Below are positions 25,101 through 37,100 of a stretch of 64,000 nucleotides of DNA, one piece after another. A program made the translations under genes and the position numbers. Positions within the stretch are counted from its first letter, which is position 1, and each line of letters starts with the position of its first letter. Source of the stretch: Phyllobates terribilis (lineage: Eukaryota); assembly GCF_046119375.1 (NCBI RefSeq), contig NW_027362767.1, positions 146,692,001-146,756,000 on the forward strand, in the 5' to 3' direction. The notes beneath the pieces were generated by a model. The model did not search any database and was not told the DNA's origin. It saw nothing but the letters and a program-made list of their open reading frames with translations.

Positions 25101-28100
25101 TGCCCAACTTCACCTCAGACCTCTCCAATTAGACATTCTCAAGTCATGGGACAGGAACCCTTCTTCTCTCGACAGGAAGTTCCAGCTGACGTTGTCAACC
25201 AGGAAGTCCCTTCACTGGTGGATCAACCGGACCTCTCTAACAAAAGGGAAATCTTTTCTCCCAGGTCAATGGAAGGTCCTGACCACCGACGCAAGCCTGA
25301 CAGGTTGGGGTGCAGTACACCTACACCACAGAGCACAGGGCAAGTGGTCCCCAGCGGAAGCAACCTTGCCCATCAACATTCTGGAAATTCGTGCCATCCT
25401 CCTGGCGTTAAGAGCCTTCCATCACTTACTGGCTGCCTCCCACATCAGGGTACAGTCGGACAATGCGACGGCCGTGGCATATGTCAATCACCAAGGGGGG
25501 ACCCGCAGTGTCTGGGCGATGCAAGAAGTGACACGCATTCTTCACTGGGCAGAAAAAAACGGACTCCATTATCTCTGCGGTCTCCATTCCGGGTGTAGAC
25601 AACTGGGAAGCAGACTTCCTCAGCAGGCAAGGAATAGACTCGGGAGAGTGGGCTCTCCATCCCGAAATCTTTCAACAGATCTGCCATCGTTGGGGTACTC
25701 CTTATGTGGACCTAATGGCGTCTCACCTCAATGCCAAAATCTCCCAACTTCATGGCCAGATCACGCGACCTGCGAGCGCTAGCGGCGGACGCCCTGGTTC
25801 ATGACTGGACCCAGTTCCAGCTCCTGTACATTTTTCCACCTCTCCCCCTGATTTCCAGAGTGGTGAGAAAGATAAAACACGAGGGAGAACCAACCATTCT
25901 AATTGCACTGGACTGGCCCAGGCGTACATGATACGCCGACATCGTACGACTCACAGGAGACGTTCCCTGGCGTCTTCCCGACCGCCCGGATCTTCTATCA
26001 CAAGGCCCGTTCTACCACCAGAACTTAGAGGGCCTCAATTTGACGGCGTGGCCATTGAGACCTGGATTCTAACCCAGGCAGGTTTTTCGCCAGATGTCAT
26101 TGGAACCATGATCAGAGCACGAAAACCAACCTCGGCCAAGATTTACTACCGTACCTGGAAAGCCTTGTTTACCTGGTGCGAATCTCGTAACCAAACCCCA
26201 CTACCCTATTACCTACCCAGGGTACTCGGTTTTCTCCAATCGGGCCTGGAAGCCAGACTATCCCTGGCCTCCCTTAAGAGCCAGGTGTCAGCTCTTTCAG
26301 TGCTTTTTCAAAAGTGCATTGCTCACAAACCGCAAGCAAGAACACTCTTCAGGGGGTTTCCCGATTGGTTCCCCCCTACAGACGACAACTAGAAACGTGG
26401 GACCTCAACCTGGTGCTGACTGCATTGCAGGAATCGCCCTTTGAATCCCTTAGGGAAGTCCCACTCAGTCTTCTATCACAGAAAGTGTTTTTTTTCCTCG
26501 TGGCAATCACCTCGCTACGCAGGGTGTCTGAACTCACAGCACTCTCCTGCACACAGCCCTTCCTGATTTTTTTCCAGGATAAGGTAGTCCTCCTTACGGT
26601 TCCATCCTTCCTTCCGAAGGTTGTGTCCAACTTCCATCTCAATGAAGAAATTTCGCTACCATCCCTCTGTCCGGTTCCGGTTCATAGAGTGGAAAAGGCT
26701 TTCCATACGCTTGACCTTGTCAGGGCATTGCGTATCTATGTGTCTAGCACTGCACCCTTCCGGAAATCTGATTCTCTTTACCTCCTTCTGGAAGGTGGCC
26801 TCAAGGGTCTGCTGGCTTCTAAAGCTACCCTTGCCAGGTGGATCAGATCCACCATACAAGAGGCCTACCGCCTCAAAAATTCTCCTCTTCCAGTAGGTAT
26901 TACGGCACATTCGACACGTGCGGTAAGGGCCTCCTGGGCCATTCGGCACCAGGCTTCGGCACAAGTGTGTAAAGCAGCCACCTGGACCAGCCTACACACG
27001 TTTACCAAACACTACAGGGTTCATACCCAGTCCTCAGCAGATGCGAGCCTGGGCAGACGTGTTCTGCAGGCGGCAGTACCCTAATTATAGGGACCCGTCT
27101 ACACAATATTCGTCCATTGCTTCCCACCCAGGAACTGCTTTGGGACGTCCCAAGGTCCTGTGTCCCCCAATGAGGCGACAGAGTAAAGGAGATTTTTGTG
27201 TACTCACCGTAAAATCTCTTTCTCTTAGCCTCTAATTGGGGGACACAGCTCCCACCCTGTTGCCCTTCCGGGCCGTTAAGTTGAGTTCTCCTATTGGTTT
27301 TCCTATGAGTTCTTATATAGTTGCCTTTTCATAGGCATGGTTATGTTATCTATGTTACGTTCCTCCTACTGCTTTTGCACAAAACTGAAGATGGCTGACG
27401 CCGTCCAGGGGTGTATACTGCAGGGGAGGAGCCACAGTTAATCTTTTTCAGATTATGCATAGTGTCGCCTCCTAGTGGACAGCAGCATAACACCCAAGGT
27501 CCTGTGTCCCCTAATTAGAGGCTAAGAGAAAGAGATTTTACGGTGAGTACACAAAAATTTCCTTTTTTTTTAAAAGACCACAATATGAACAGTGCAAGCC
27601 CAATATTTAACATAAGAGGCAGGTGAAGGATCAGTGACCTGTCATTTAAGCCACAAGGATTAATATCAGAACAGAACACCAATGAAAGCCCGCCCTGGAA
27701 CACAGGCATATCATGATCTCCAAACTGCAAACACAGATTAAACAACCACAAGACGGATTTCATCAACCCAGGTATCATTTTAATCAGTGTAACGGCGCCA
27801 ACCTGACACTGCCTGTAGATTACTTATTAAAGCGAACCTGTCATCAAGATTTTGCTGTTTTACATCAAGTAACAAAATGCAAAAGAGAAAACTAAGTCAC
27901 ATCAATATTTGTTGACTGCCCTTTGCCTTCAAAATAAAATTAAAATCTTGGAGAATTCACCACAGATCTTCTGTGGATGTTGCTTGTGCTCCTTATGTGG
28001 TGACGGACAGATTGGATGATATGAGATCGTGCTCTGTGGGGGTCTCATCACTCCCAGGACTCCTTGTGCTTATAATCATCAAATGTCTGGGGTCATTTTC

Positions 28101-31100
28101 TGGTTGCAGAATAAATTTGTAGCCAATCTTATGCCTCCCTGATTGTATTACATGATGAATAAGTATCTGCCCGTACTTCTCAGCATTAAGGACTCCATTA
28201 ATCCTGGCCATATCCCCAACTCCATTTGCTGAACTTGCAGGACCCTCCAGCACGCTTCACTGTTCTTGCAGACCCTCATTATTGTGCTGCTTTCCAGCCA
28301 TTCCGTAACAAACTGCCTTCTATTACAGCCAAATATTTCACATTGTCACTCATCAGACCAGAGCACCTGCTGATGTTTTTCTGCTCCTGGTTCCTATCTT
28401 TTTGTGCATTGAGTCGCTTGGCCTCTTTTCGTGTTACAATTCCTCCATAAACACCACTTCTGGCCACACATCTCTGAACAGCAGCTGGTCCCACTGGTTG
28501 CTGCCAGTTCTGAGCTGATGGCAGTGCTGGACATCTTCCGATTTCGAAAGGGAAGTAAGCATTGTTTGCCTTTCATCTGCTGCACTAAATTACTTTGGCC
28601 GAATACTGATCTTCTTTCCTCCTCATTGCCCCTTTCTTGGTGTTTCTTCGAGATGAGCTTGAACAGCATATCTGGAAACACCTGTCTGCTGTGAAATCTT
28701 TTTTTCCTGGGAGACACCTTGCTGATGCAGTATAACTACCTTGTGTCTTGTTTGATGGCAAGACTGAGCACGGGTGTATGACCCAGGATATGAAACTGTC
28801 TTCCAAAACCTCAACTTTAGTAGAGTTTTTCTGTTCCTCACCCAGTTTAAAACCTTTTGCATAGTGGTTTCTGTTTCATTTATGACTGTGTTTCAACATA
28901 CATATGAAATCCTAGGAAAGCCCTGACTTTGTGCGAGAAGAATTGATGCTGTTTTGAAGTGAAAGGGCGTTGAGCAAATATTGATCTGATTTAGTTTTTC
29001 TCTTTTGTTCATTCACATAAGGTTTTTTGTTTTTTTTTGTTTTTTTTATCAATTAACAAAATGGAAACCCTTCTATTGTTAAAACCATTCTTACTTGGCA
29101 GTATTTTTTTCTGCCTAAAACATTTCCACTGTGCTGTGTATATCACAGTACCATCAGGGAAGCGTCTGACTCCAAATATATAATCATTTTCTACCGATCG
29201 GTTTTCTGTTTTTCTTTAAATTTTTGCAGAACCCGAGATGCTGAAGCTGTTTCATGAAGTGACAGGGTCCCACAAGAAGCACATCTCCGATACTGGAAAA
29301 GACACTCAAGCAGCCGCTCAGAAAACTTCTGGTGAGTGTATAGTATTAAGCTGTACATATACCGTATCCCCTTCCATGTTCTCCCAGTACTAATCTCCAG
29401 TAACTTACATTTTATATCATTTCTACAGCGGAGCAGGTCGCCCAGCAGCAGCTGCCTGTATCCGCTCAGAGACCTCCAGGTAACAATGTAGTAAGATAGG
29501 GGCACGCCAATCTATGGAGAAAAAATTGAAATTGCATAAAAATAGTAATGTGTGTTGGAGTTGATTCGATAACATGCAGCATATCGCACCTCTCTGTACA
29601 GAGGGGGTCTTTATTACTACAGTAGGGGGTGCAATATGCTGACAGTTTAAGGTCCCACTAAAATTCAGTTGTCCTTTTTTTTTTAAATCCCGTTAAAGGG
29701 GTCTTCTCATCCAGGTGAACACAAATACACAGCAGAATCCTTTTAATTCATGAAATAACCTTTAAATGGCTCACATTACAAGAATGTCGTAAGGCTCCAA
29801 GAAAGATGGTCAGCAGGGGTCTTTGTTGTGATTGTGGGGATGTGATATGTATGTAGAGAAGACGCTGACGGTTATGAGACCATCGGTCCTGCAGTTTCTC
29901 ACATCATTCCCATGACCGCAGCAGCCAATCTGTGGCATCAGCTGTAATGTTGGCATGCATGGCACATGATCACTGAGGTCACTGATTGGCTGCAGCGGTC
30001 ACATGAATGATGTGCAGCACATTACAGGTGCTAGGGAATTTTTGTATATTATCATGTTTCCTGTTATCATGAACATATTCTGAATCGCAGAAATCCCCTT
30101 TAAGGCCATGGCCCCACTATCAGTATTCGCTGAGTATTTTTACTCAGGAGTGGGAGACCAAACCAGGTGAGGAACAATCAGAGAAAAGGTATAATAGAAA
30201 CAAGTCACCAATTCTGCATTTATCACCCACTCCTGGTTTTGGCTCCCACTCCTGAGAAAAAATACTGACCGAATACTGATAGTGGGGCCGTGGCCATAGA
30301 TATATTTTACACCCTTCTTGCCACAGAAAAAGTTAACCAGCCTCCGCAGCTGACCAACTTTCTGAAGGCGCTGGTGGCCGGCATACCACCAGGGGTGCCA
30401 CCAGCCACTCAGAGACCTCCAGGTAAGGAAGGGATTCCTCTGGGGGGATACACAGATTCTTGTACAGATCTTACTGTAACACTGAGATTTTTTTAATCTG
30501 TCTGCAGCAGTCACTGCTCCGCAGCTCGTGCCCGGCTCCCAGAAGACGTTGGTGGCGGGTAAAGCACCAGTACAACATGCCGGCCAGAAACCTGCAGGTA
30601 ACAATATAGTAATGAAGGGATTTCTGTACATATACTGGGAACATACAGATCTCCCGATAACGCTGAGATTTTATACCGTGTGCAGCACAGAACGTCACCC
30701 CGACCCAGCAAACTCTCACGTCTCAGAAGGCACTAATGGCTGGCGTGGGGCAGCTACTTCAGCAGATTTTCCTGAGACCTCAAGGTAACTATATGGTCAT
30801 TTTCTCATGTATATCATTCACGGGGCAGATGAGAATGAGGGGTATGGCTGATGCCACTTGGCGCATACAAGTGTTAACTCCTACCAGCTATACTGGGCCG
30901 GCAGGTGCTGAGCAGAGCAATGGAATTCAGCATGTCTGATCCTTCTCTTCCCAACATCATCATCTCTGGAGGGCGGGGGCCCCCCTTGCGCGCGACGGTC
31001 AGGAGGGCGGGGGGCCCCCCTTGCGCGCGACGGTCCCCAGTGGGCCCGGGGCCAGACTAGGCCGGCATTGCCCTGTTGTGTATGGGGCCTTAGTCCTATG

Positions 31101-34100
31101 TTTCTGTTTCTCTTCTCATCCGTAGCCCCTGCTAATCATCCTAACCCAACACCCAGTCCTCAGTTTAACATCAGGGCTCCTGTGGGAGGAACCGGACCGG
31201 TCCAAGGAGCAGGTAATTGTATAATTATCCCCAGACCATAGAGTGTACATGCCAGTGTGACATTTATATACCGTCTCTTTATCTACAGTCACAGCATCTA
31301 CTACCTACCCAAGTAAGAATCCGCAGATCCCTGGCCCCAGATTTGATAATCCAAATCCCTCTAAGGAACAGCGGCCTCTCCCAGGACAAGGAGCCGGCAG
31401 GTATCCAGGTATGCTGCATCACGCTATTCCGAGGGCCGCGGTAGGAAGGGGTTCTTACTTCACCGCCCCCTGGTGTGCGTCAGTAGTTCTACCCTGCAGC
31501 TGACAAGGATGTTCCAGTAACATGCGGATTATGTTTTGGCAGCAGAGAACGTCGGCCCGTCCCATCCTGTGCCCGGTTACCAGCAGTTGCCGGGGTCCAG
31601 TACTGCACCAGTCCAACAAGCCGGTCCGGGAGCTCCAGGTAATTATCGTAGTAATGGTCTCAGATGGTTGCAATTGTAAGATCCAGTTTTGTAAATTGAA
31701 ATCCTCCCCCCTCCCTCATTACGATGCAGAGCTGCCGCTGCAGCGGCCCCTCTTGGACTTGGCCGGCAGGTTACATAATTTTTTATAAATGGCTGAGAAT
31801 GAGTTGGAAAAAAAAGATAAAGAAGTGATCCCCTCACCTACTGCCTGAGTCTGCCTGGACACACCAATACTGACCCATGTACATTTACGAGGATTACATC
31901 TGCTGTCATCTTTATAACAAATCTTGATGTTTTTGTTTTTTTTCCAGGCCCTACAACGCGTTATGCTCAGAATCCAGAGATTCCCGGGTCAAGATTTACT
32001 AATCAGGACCCCTCTAAGGAACGAAGACCTCCTTTTTTGGGACAAGTACCTGGTGGATATCCAGGTAATCTCACATCATGACTATTAATTCACACTAGCG
32101 ATGATGCTAGAACAGTTTGTAGGATCACAATATTGATTAGTGGAGTCAGATGTATGCTTCGCCTGTCTTCTGGGCATTATGCGGTACGCCCACTATTCCC
32201 TACACCTGACAGAGCAGGACCCCCCGATGACTGCCTTATGCCCTAGTAGGAGGTACAGACAGGTGGTCCAGTTGGACAATCTCTTGGTCTCATATTCTGC
32301 ACTTTGCTGATACCTCTTGCTCCCCCTAGTGGGTGACAATGGTAATACACCACTACGTACAGGAATCGTTTCCACATGTAGTTTTATTTCTGCAATTTGA
32401 CAGTAACATCAATCTCTTTATACACTTCCAGCTCCCATGAATCCCAGCCAGCCTCAACAACAAGCTGCTCCAAGCCCTCAAGGTAGCATTATATTATAAT
32501 GGTAGCAGACTAGTAATGGTGCCATTGTAAAGTGACGTGCCGCCCCCTGATGTGTAAGGGGCAGGACCCCCACAGCTTTTCTAGTCTGCCACATATTAAC
32601 TGTATACATGTTGCACCTGCATTGGACATTGTATATATTTTTCCTCCATAGACGCTTCTATTCGCTTTAACCAAAATCCGCGTTCCGGCTTTGACAGGGG
32701 ACCTGTGGATGGAGCAGGAGCAGGTACGGTGGAAGGAACGACCACTGCTCCATTAATTTCCTGAGGGGCTGCCTGATAAAGTGCAGCGCTGTACTGCTCT
32801 CATCAATGCCTTAGATAGTCCATTCAGAAGGGGGATCTGAGAGCGCTGTCTTTGTGATCGGTTGGGTCCCTGTAGTCCGACCCCAGCCATCACCTGTCTT
32901 AGGTTGTGCATTGTTATAGTGGGCCATCCCTTTAAGGTGCTATGGTGTTTGTGTCTATTGCAGAATATGGCTGCAGCCATCCATTCCCATGCACACGTAG
33001 AAGTATGTCACGTCCTCCCATCGTCTCGTAACTTCTGTGTTTTTGTGGTGCAGGTTCTGAAACGCGCTTCAGTCAAAATCAGGGACCTCCTGCATCCAGG
33101 TTTGATAATACGAATCCCCCAAAGGACCCCAAGTCTCTGATGGGACAAGCAGCGAGCAGATATCCAGGTATCCATGGTGGGTGGGGATAGATGCTCCCCA
33201 TTTGTACCACAGGGATGGTGATGATATGTGATCGGCCTCTGTTATAATTCTGTCATTCTTCGATTAGAGTCGGAGGGTCGTTATAACCAGGATGACCTGT
33301 ATTCCGGTAGCTGGACTGACAACTCGGGAGCTCGCAATAAGGCAGGACCACCATTAGGAGCAGGTGATTACTGATAGTCGCGGTCAGGACATGCCAGATG
33401 ATCCGGTATATCTCATGGTCGTATTTGGGATCTGTATTCCCATCATACTGTGCCTCCATATTGTGGTATGTCGTTATGGTGGCATATGTAGAGTATACAT
33501 GTAGCCATACACCTGACTCTTACTTTTATTAAAATCGCTTGGATGCTGCAGTAAATGCCGACTATAGCATGTAAGGGTGTTAAACAACCAAGTGACGGCA
33601 TCTGCACGGCTCTGCTGCATCATCGCTTAAACTACCTCACAAAGTGCAACATAGTCTCCGATTGGCTATTTTATTTGGACACCTGCATAGTTGGCTACTA
33701 AATATAGTGGGTGACCATATGGCCAAGCAGGGTGACGGTGAACAGCAGCCAACAATGTGCAGGGTTTTTCTGGCACCACTGTTATTACGTCTTACTGGTG
33801 TGGCAGTGCTTGGACCTCCGCTGATGGGAACATCACTCCTATAACTCCTGCCGCGTGAGAACGTCACATGCGCCCGTATTTTTTCCTCCATAGACGCTGC
33901 CAATCGTTTTAACCAAAATCCGCCTTCCCGCTTTGATGCCAGGGGACCTGTGGATGGTGCAGGAGCCGGACCAGGTATGTGTGTATATCTATCGATAGAT
34001 AGGTAATCCGTGATAGATATATATACATACATGAAGACAGCACTCCTCTTTAGAAAAAAATCAAATAAGTGATTTTAATGGCCCATAAGGGCTAAATGTG

Positions 34101-37100
34101 ACATTTCGGCTCCGAGTGTGAGCCTTTTTCAAGCAGAGCAGACCAGAGCAGCTTTTTATAGATCCAATCATTCATAGATTCATTATACAATACAGTGCTG
34201 TGTAAAGTCGTGTAGACCATTATATTTCCATACAGTTATCAGATTACAGTGCCATAAAGTGTGTGTTATTGTGAACATATAACATGATTACACACAATAC
34301 ATTAGAAACGTTTTGATTAGTATATACAGGTGTAAATACTTTAAATGGCAGGACTCACCCCATTAAATGATTAAGCCATCGCACCCAAACGGCAGCGTGT
34401 ATATTACGCAGCCCATGTCAGCGTGTTACACCAGGCAGTGACTTAATCGGGCAGCACGTCCCTGCCCTCGGAGCCATCTTTGAAAGAGTCAGTACCTCAA
34501 TGCGCAGACTCCAGGCGCGTCATAGGACTCCCGCACCATCTTGGATAAGGTCAACACCTTAATCCAAACTGCGCATGCGCCATAAAGCTCAATGATGTAA
34601 TGGATGTCCATTACAAAGGCTGTAAGTAAGCTGATAAGAACGCTCCCATGCACATGTTCTGAACATCACCATTTAAAGGAGCCCAAAAGCATAATATTTA
34701 GGTGATTTTGGTACAAGGGTAGTTTGGCAAGCACACCACTATTAGACAAGGTAACATCCCCCCATTTGCTGTGGCTGGTAAACCTATATCAACAATGATT
34801 TTGCAGAGCCATACTCCCCGTTTAGGCGCCTACTGCTCAACCCAGTCCTTTAATGGAATTTAAAGCCCGCATATATCCAGGACCCAATTATTTCAGCATA
34901 AAAACCTTTAATAACACTAGTATCACAGAAAGAACAATTAAACATCAGAGTGTTATTTATGGGTAACAACAAAGATGTGTATTTATTTATAAAAAAAAAT
35001 ATTATATTAGGTGGTAATATTGATGTGACCCGTGCCATAAATATATATCTATATTTCCAATCTAGAAGGAAAGGAAAAAAAAAAAAGATAGAGACAATTA
35101 GTATCCATGTTAAAAATCCTATCTAGACTATTTTGAACGAGAAGAACAATCCAAGGTATATCAAAGGAGACACAACATCATTAGGCTGCCAAATTGATTT
35201 TATATTCAACATTCAGTCCCTTAGGGCGCAAAGTATCAAGTCTATGAATTGATTGTAACTCCTTAATTTTTAACAATTTTACACAATCCCCACCTCTTCT
35301 CAAGGGTGGTACATGATCAATAATCCTGAATTTTACATTTTTCACTATGGCCACATTCGACAAAATGTTTTGAGACCGGGAAATCCATTTTTTTCTTATC
35401 TATGATGATTAAGCCTAGTTTTTAAATCCCATGTCGTTTTCCCCACATAAAACAAATTGCTGCGACATTGCAATAAATATATAACATATTCCGAATCACA
35501 TGTTAAATTATTATTATAATTATTTATTATAGCACCATTTGTTCCATGGCGCTTTACATGTGAAAGGGGTATACATAGCACAAACAATTACAATAAATGT
35601 TGAACAATACAAGTCGGCGACTGGTACAGGAGGAGCGAGGACCCTGCCCGCGAGGGCTCACAATCTACATAGGAAGGCTGAGGATACAGTAGGTGAGGGT
35701 AGAGCTGGTCGTGGAGCGGTGGTTACTGCAGGTTGTAAGCTTGTCGGAAGATGTGGTTCTTCAGGTTCCTTTTGAAGGTTTCAACAGTAGGCGAGAGTCT
35801 GATATGTTGGGGTATAGAGTTCCAGAGTAGGGGGGATGCACGGGAGAAATCTTGTATGTGATTGTGGGAAGAGGAGATGAGAGGAAAGTAGAGAAGGAAA
35901 TCTTGTGAGGATTGGAGGTTGCGTGCAGTGTTGTAGCGGGAGACTACAGTACAGACCAAAAGTTTGGACACAGCTTCTCATTTAAAGATTTTTCTGTATT
36001 TTCATGACTGAAAATTGTACATTCACACTGAAGGCATCAAAACTATGAATTAACACATGTGGAATTATATACTTAACAAAAAAGTGTGAAACAACTGACA
36101 ATATGTCCTATATTCTAGGTTCTTCAAAGTAGCCACCTTTTGCTTTGATGACTGCTTTGCACACTCTTGGCATTCTCTTGATGAGCTTCAAGAGGTAGTC
36201 ACCGGAAATGGTCTTCCAACAATCTTGAAGGAGTTCCCAGAGATGCTTAGCACTTGTTGACCCTTTTGCCTTCACTCTGCGGTCCAGCTCACCCCAAACC
36301 ATCTCGATTGGGTTCAGGTCTGGTGACTGTGGAGGCCAGGTCATCTGGCGTAGCACCCTATCACTCTCCTTCTTGGTCAAACAGCCCTTACACAGCCTGG
36401 AGGTGTGTTTGGGGTCATTGTCCTGTTGAAAAATAAATGATGGTCCAACTAAACACAAACCAGATGGAATAGCATGCCGCTGCAAGATGCTGTGGTAGCC
36501 ATGCTGGTTCAGTATGCCTTCAATTTTGAATAAATCCCCAACAGTGTCACCAGCAAAACACCCCCACACCATCACACCTCCTCCTCCATGCTTCACGGTG
36601 GGAACCAGGCATGTAGAGTCCATCCGTTCACCTTTTCTGTGTCGCACAAAGACACGGTGGTTGGAACCAAAGATCTCAAATTTGGACTCCTCAGACCAAA
36701 GCACAGATTTCCACTGGTCTAATGTCCATTCCTTGTGTTCTTTAGCACAAACAAGTCTCTTCTGCTTGTTGCCTGTCCTTAGCAGTGGTTTCCTAGCAGC
36801 TATTTTACCATGAAGGCCTGCTGCACAAAGTCTCCTCTTAACAGTTGTTGTAGAGATGTGTCTGCTGCTAGAACTCTGTGTGGCATTGACCTGGTCTCTA
36901 ATCTGAGCTGCTGTTAACCTGCGATTTCTGAGGCTGGTGACTCGGATAAACTTATCCTCAGAAGCAGAGGTGACTCTTGGTCTTCCTTTCCTGGGGCGGT
37001 CCTCATGTGAGCCAGTTTCTTTGTAGCGCTTGATGGTTTTTGCAACTGCACTTGGGGACACTTTCAAAGTTTTCCCAATTTTTCGCACTGACTGACCTTC

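Larger units (their letters stand above)
21479..27563 (+). mobile_element. DIRS1-type tyrosine-recombinase retrotransposon, structurally complete, ORFs frameshifted
   Basis: Left ITR (21479-~21640) is inverted at ~27370-27515. The internal complementary region (~27155-27248) is complementary to both the left start (TTACTCTGTCGCCTCATT) and the right end (..TTACGGTGAGTACACAAAAAT.TCCT). ORF order is gag, RT/RH/MT, YR. Confidence 0.96.
20967..27830. mobile_element. Palindromic non-autonomous element (TTAAAGCGAACCTGTCA type) split by the DIRS insertion
   Basis: The left arm (~20967-21265) is the reverse complement of the right arm (~27575-27825), e.g. GTTACACTGATTAAAATGATACCTG and GACAGGTCACTGATCCTTCAC. 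Confidence 0.7.
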
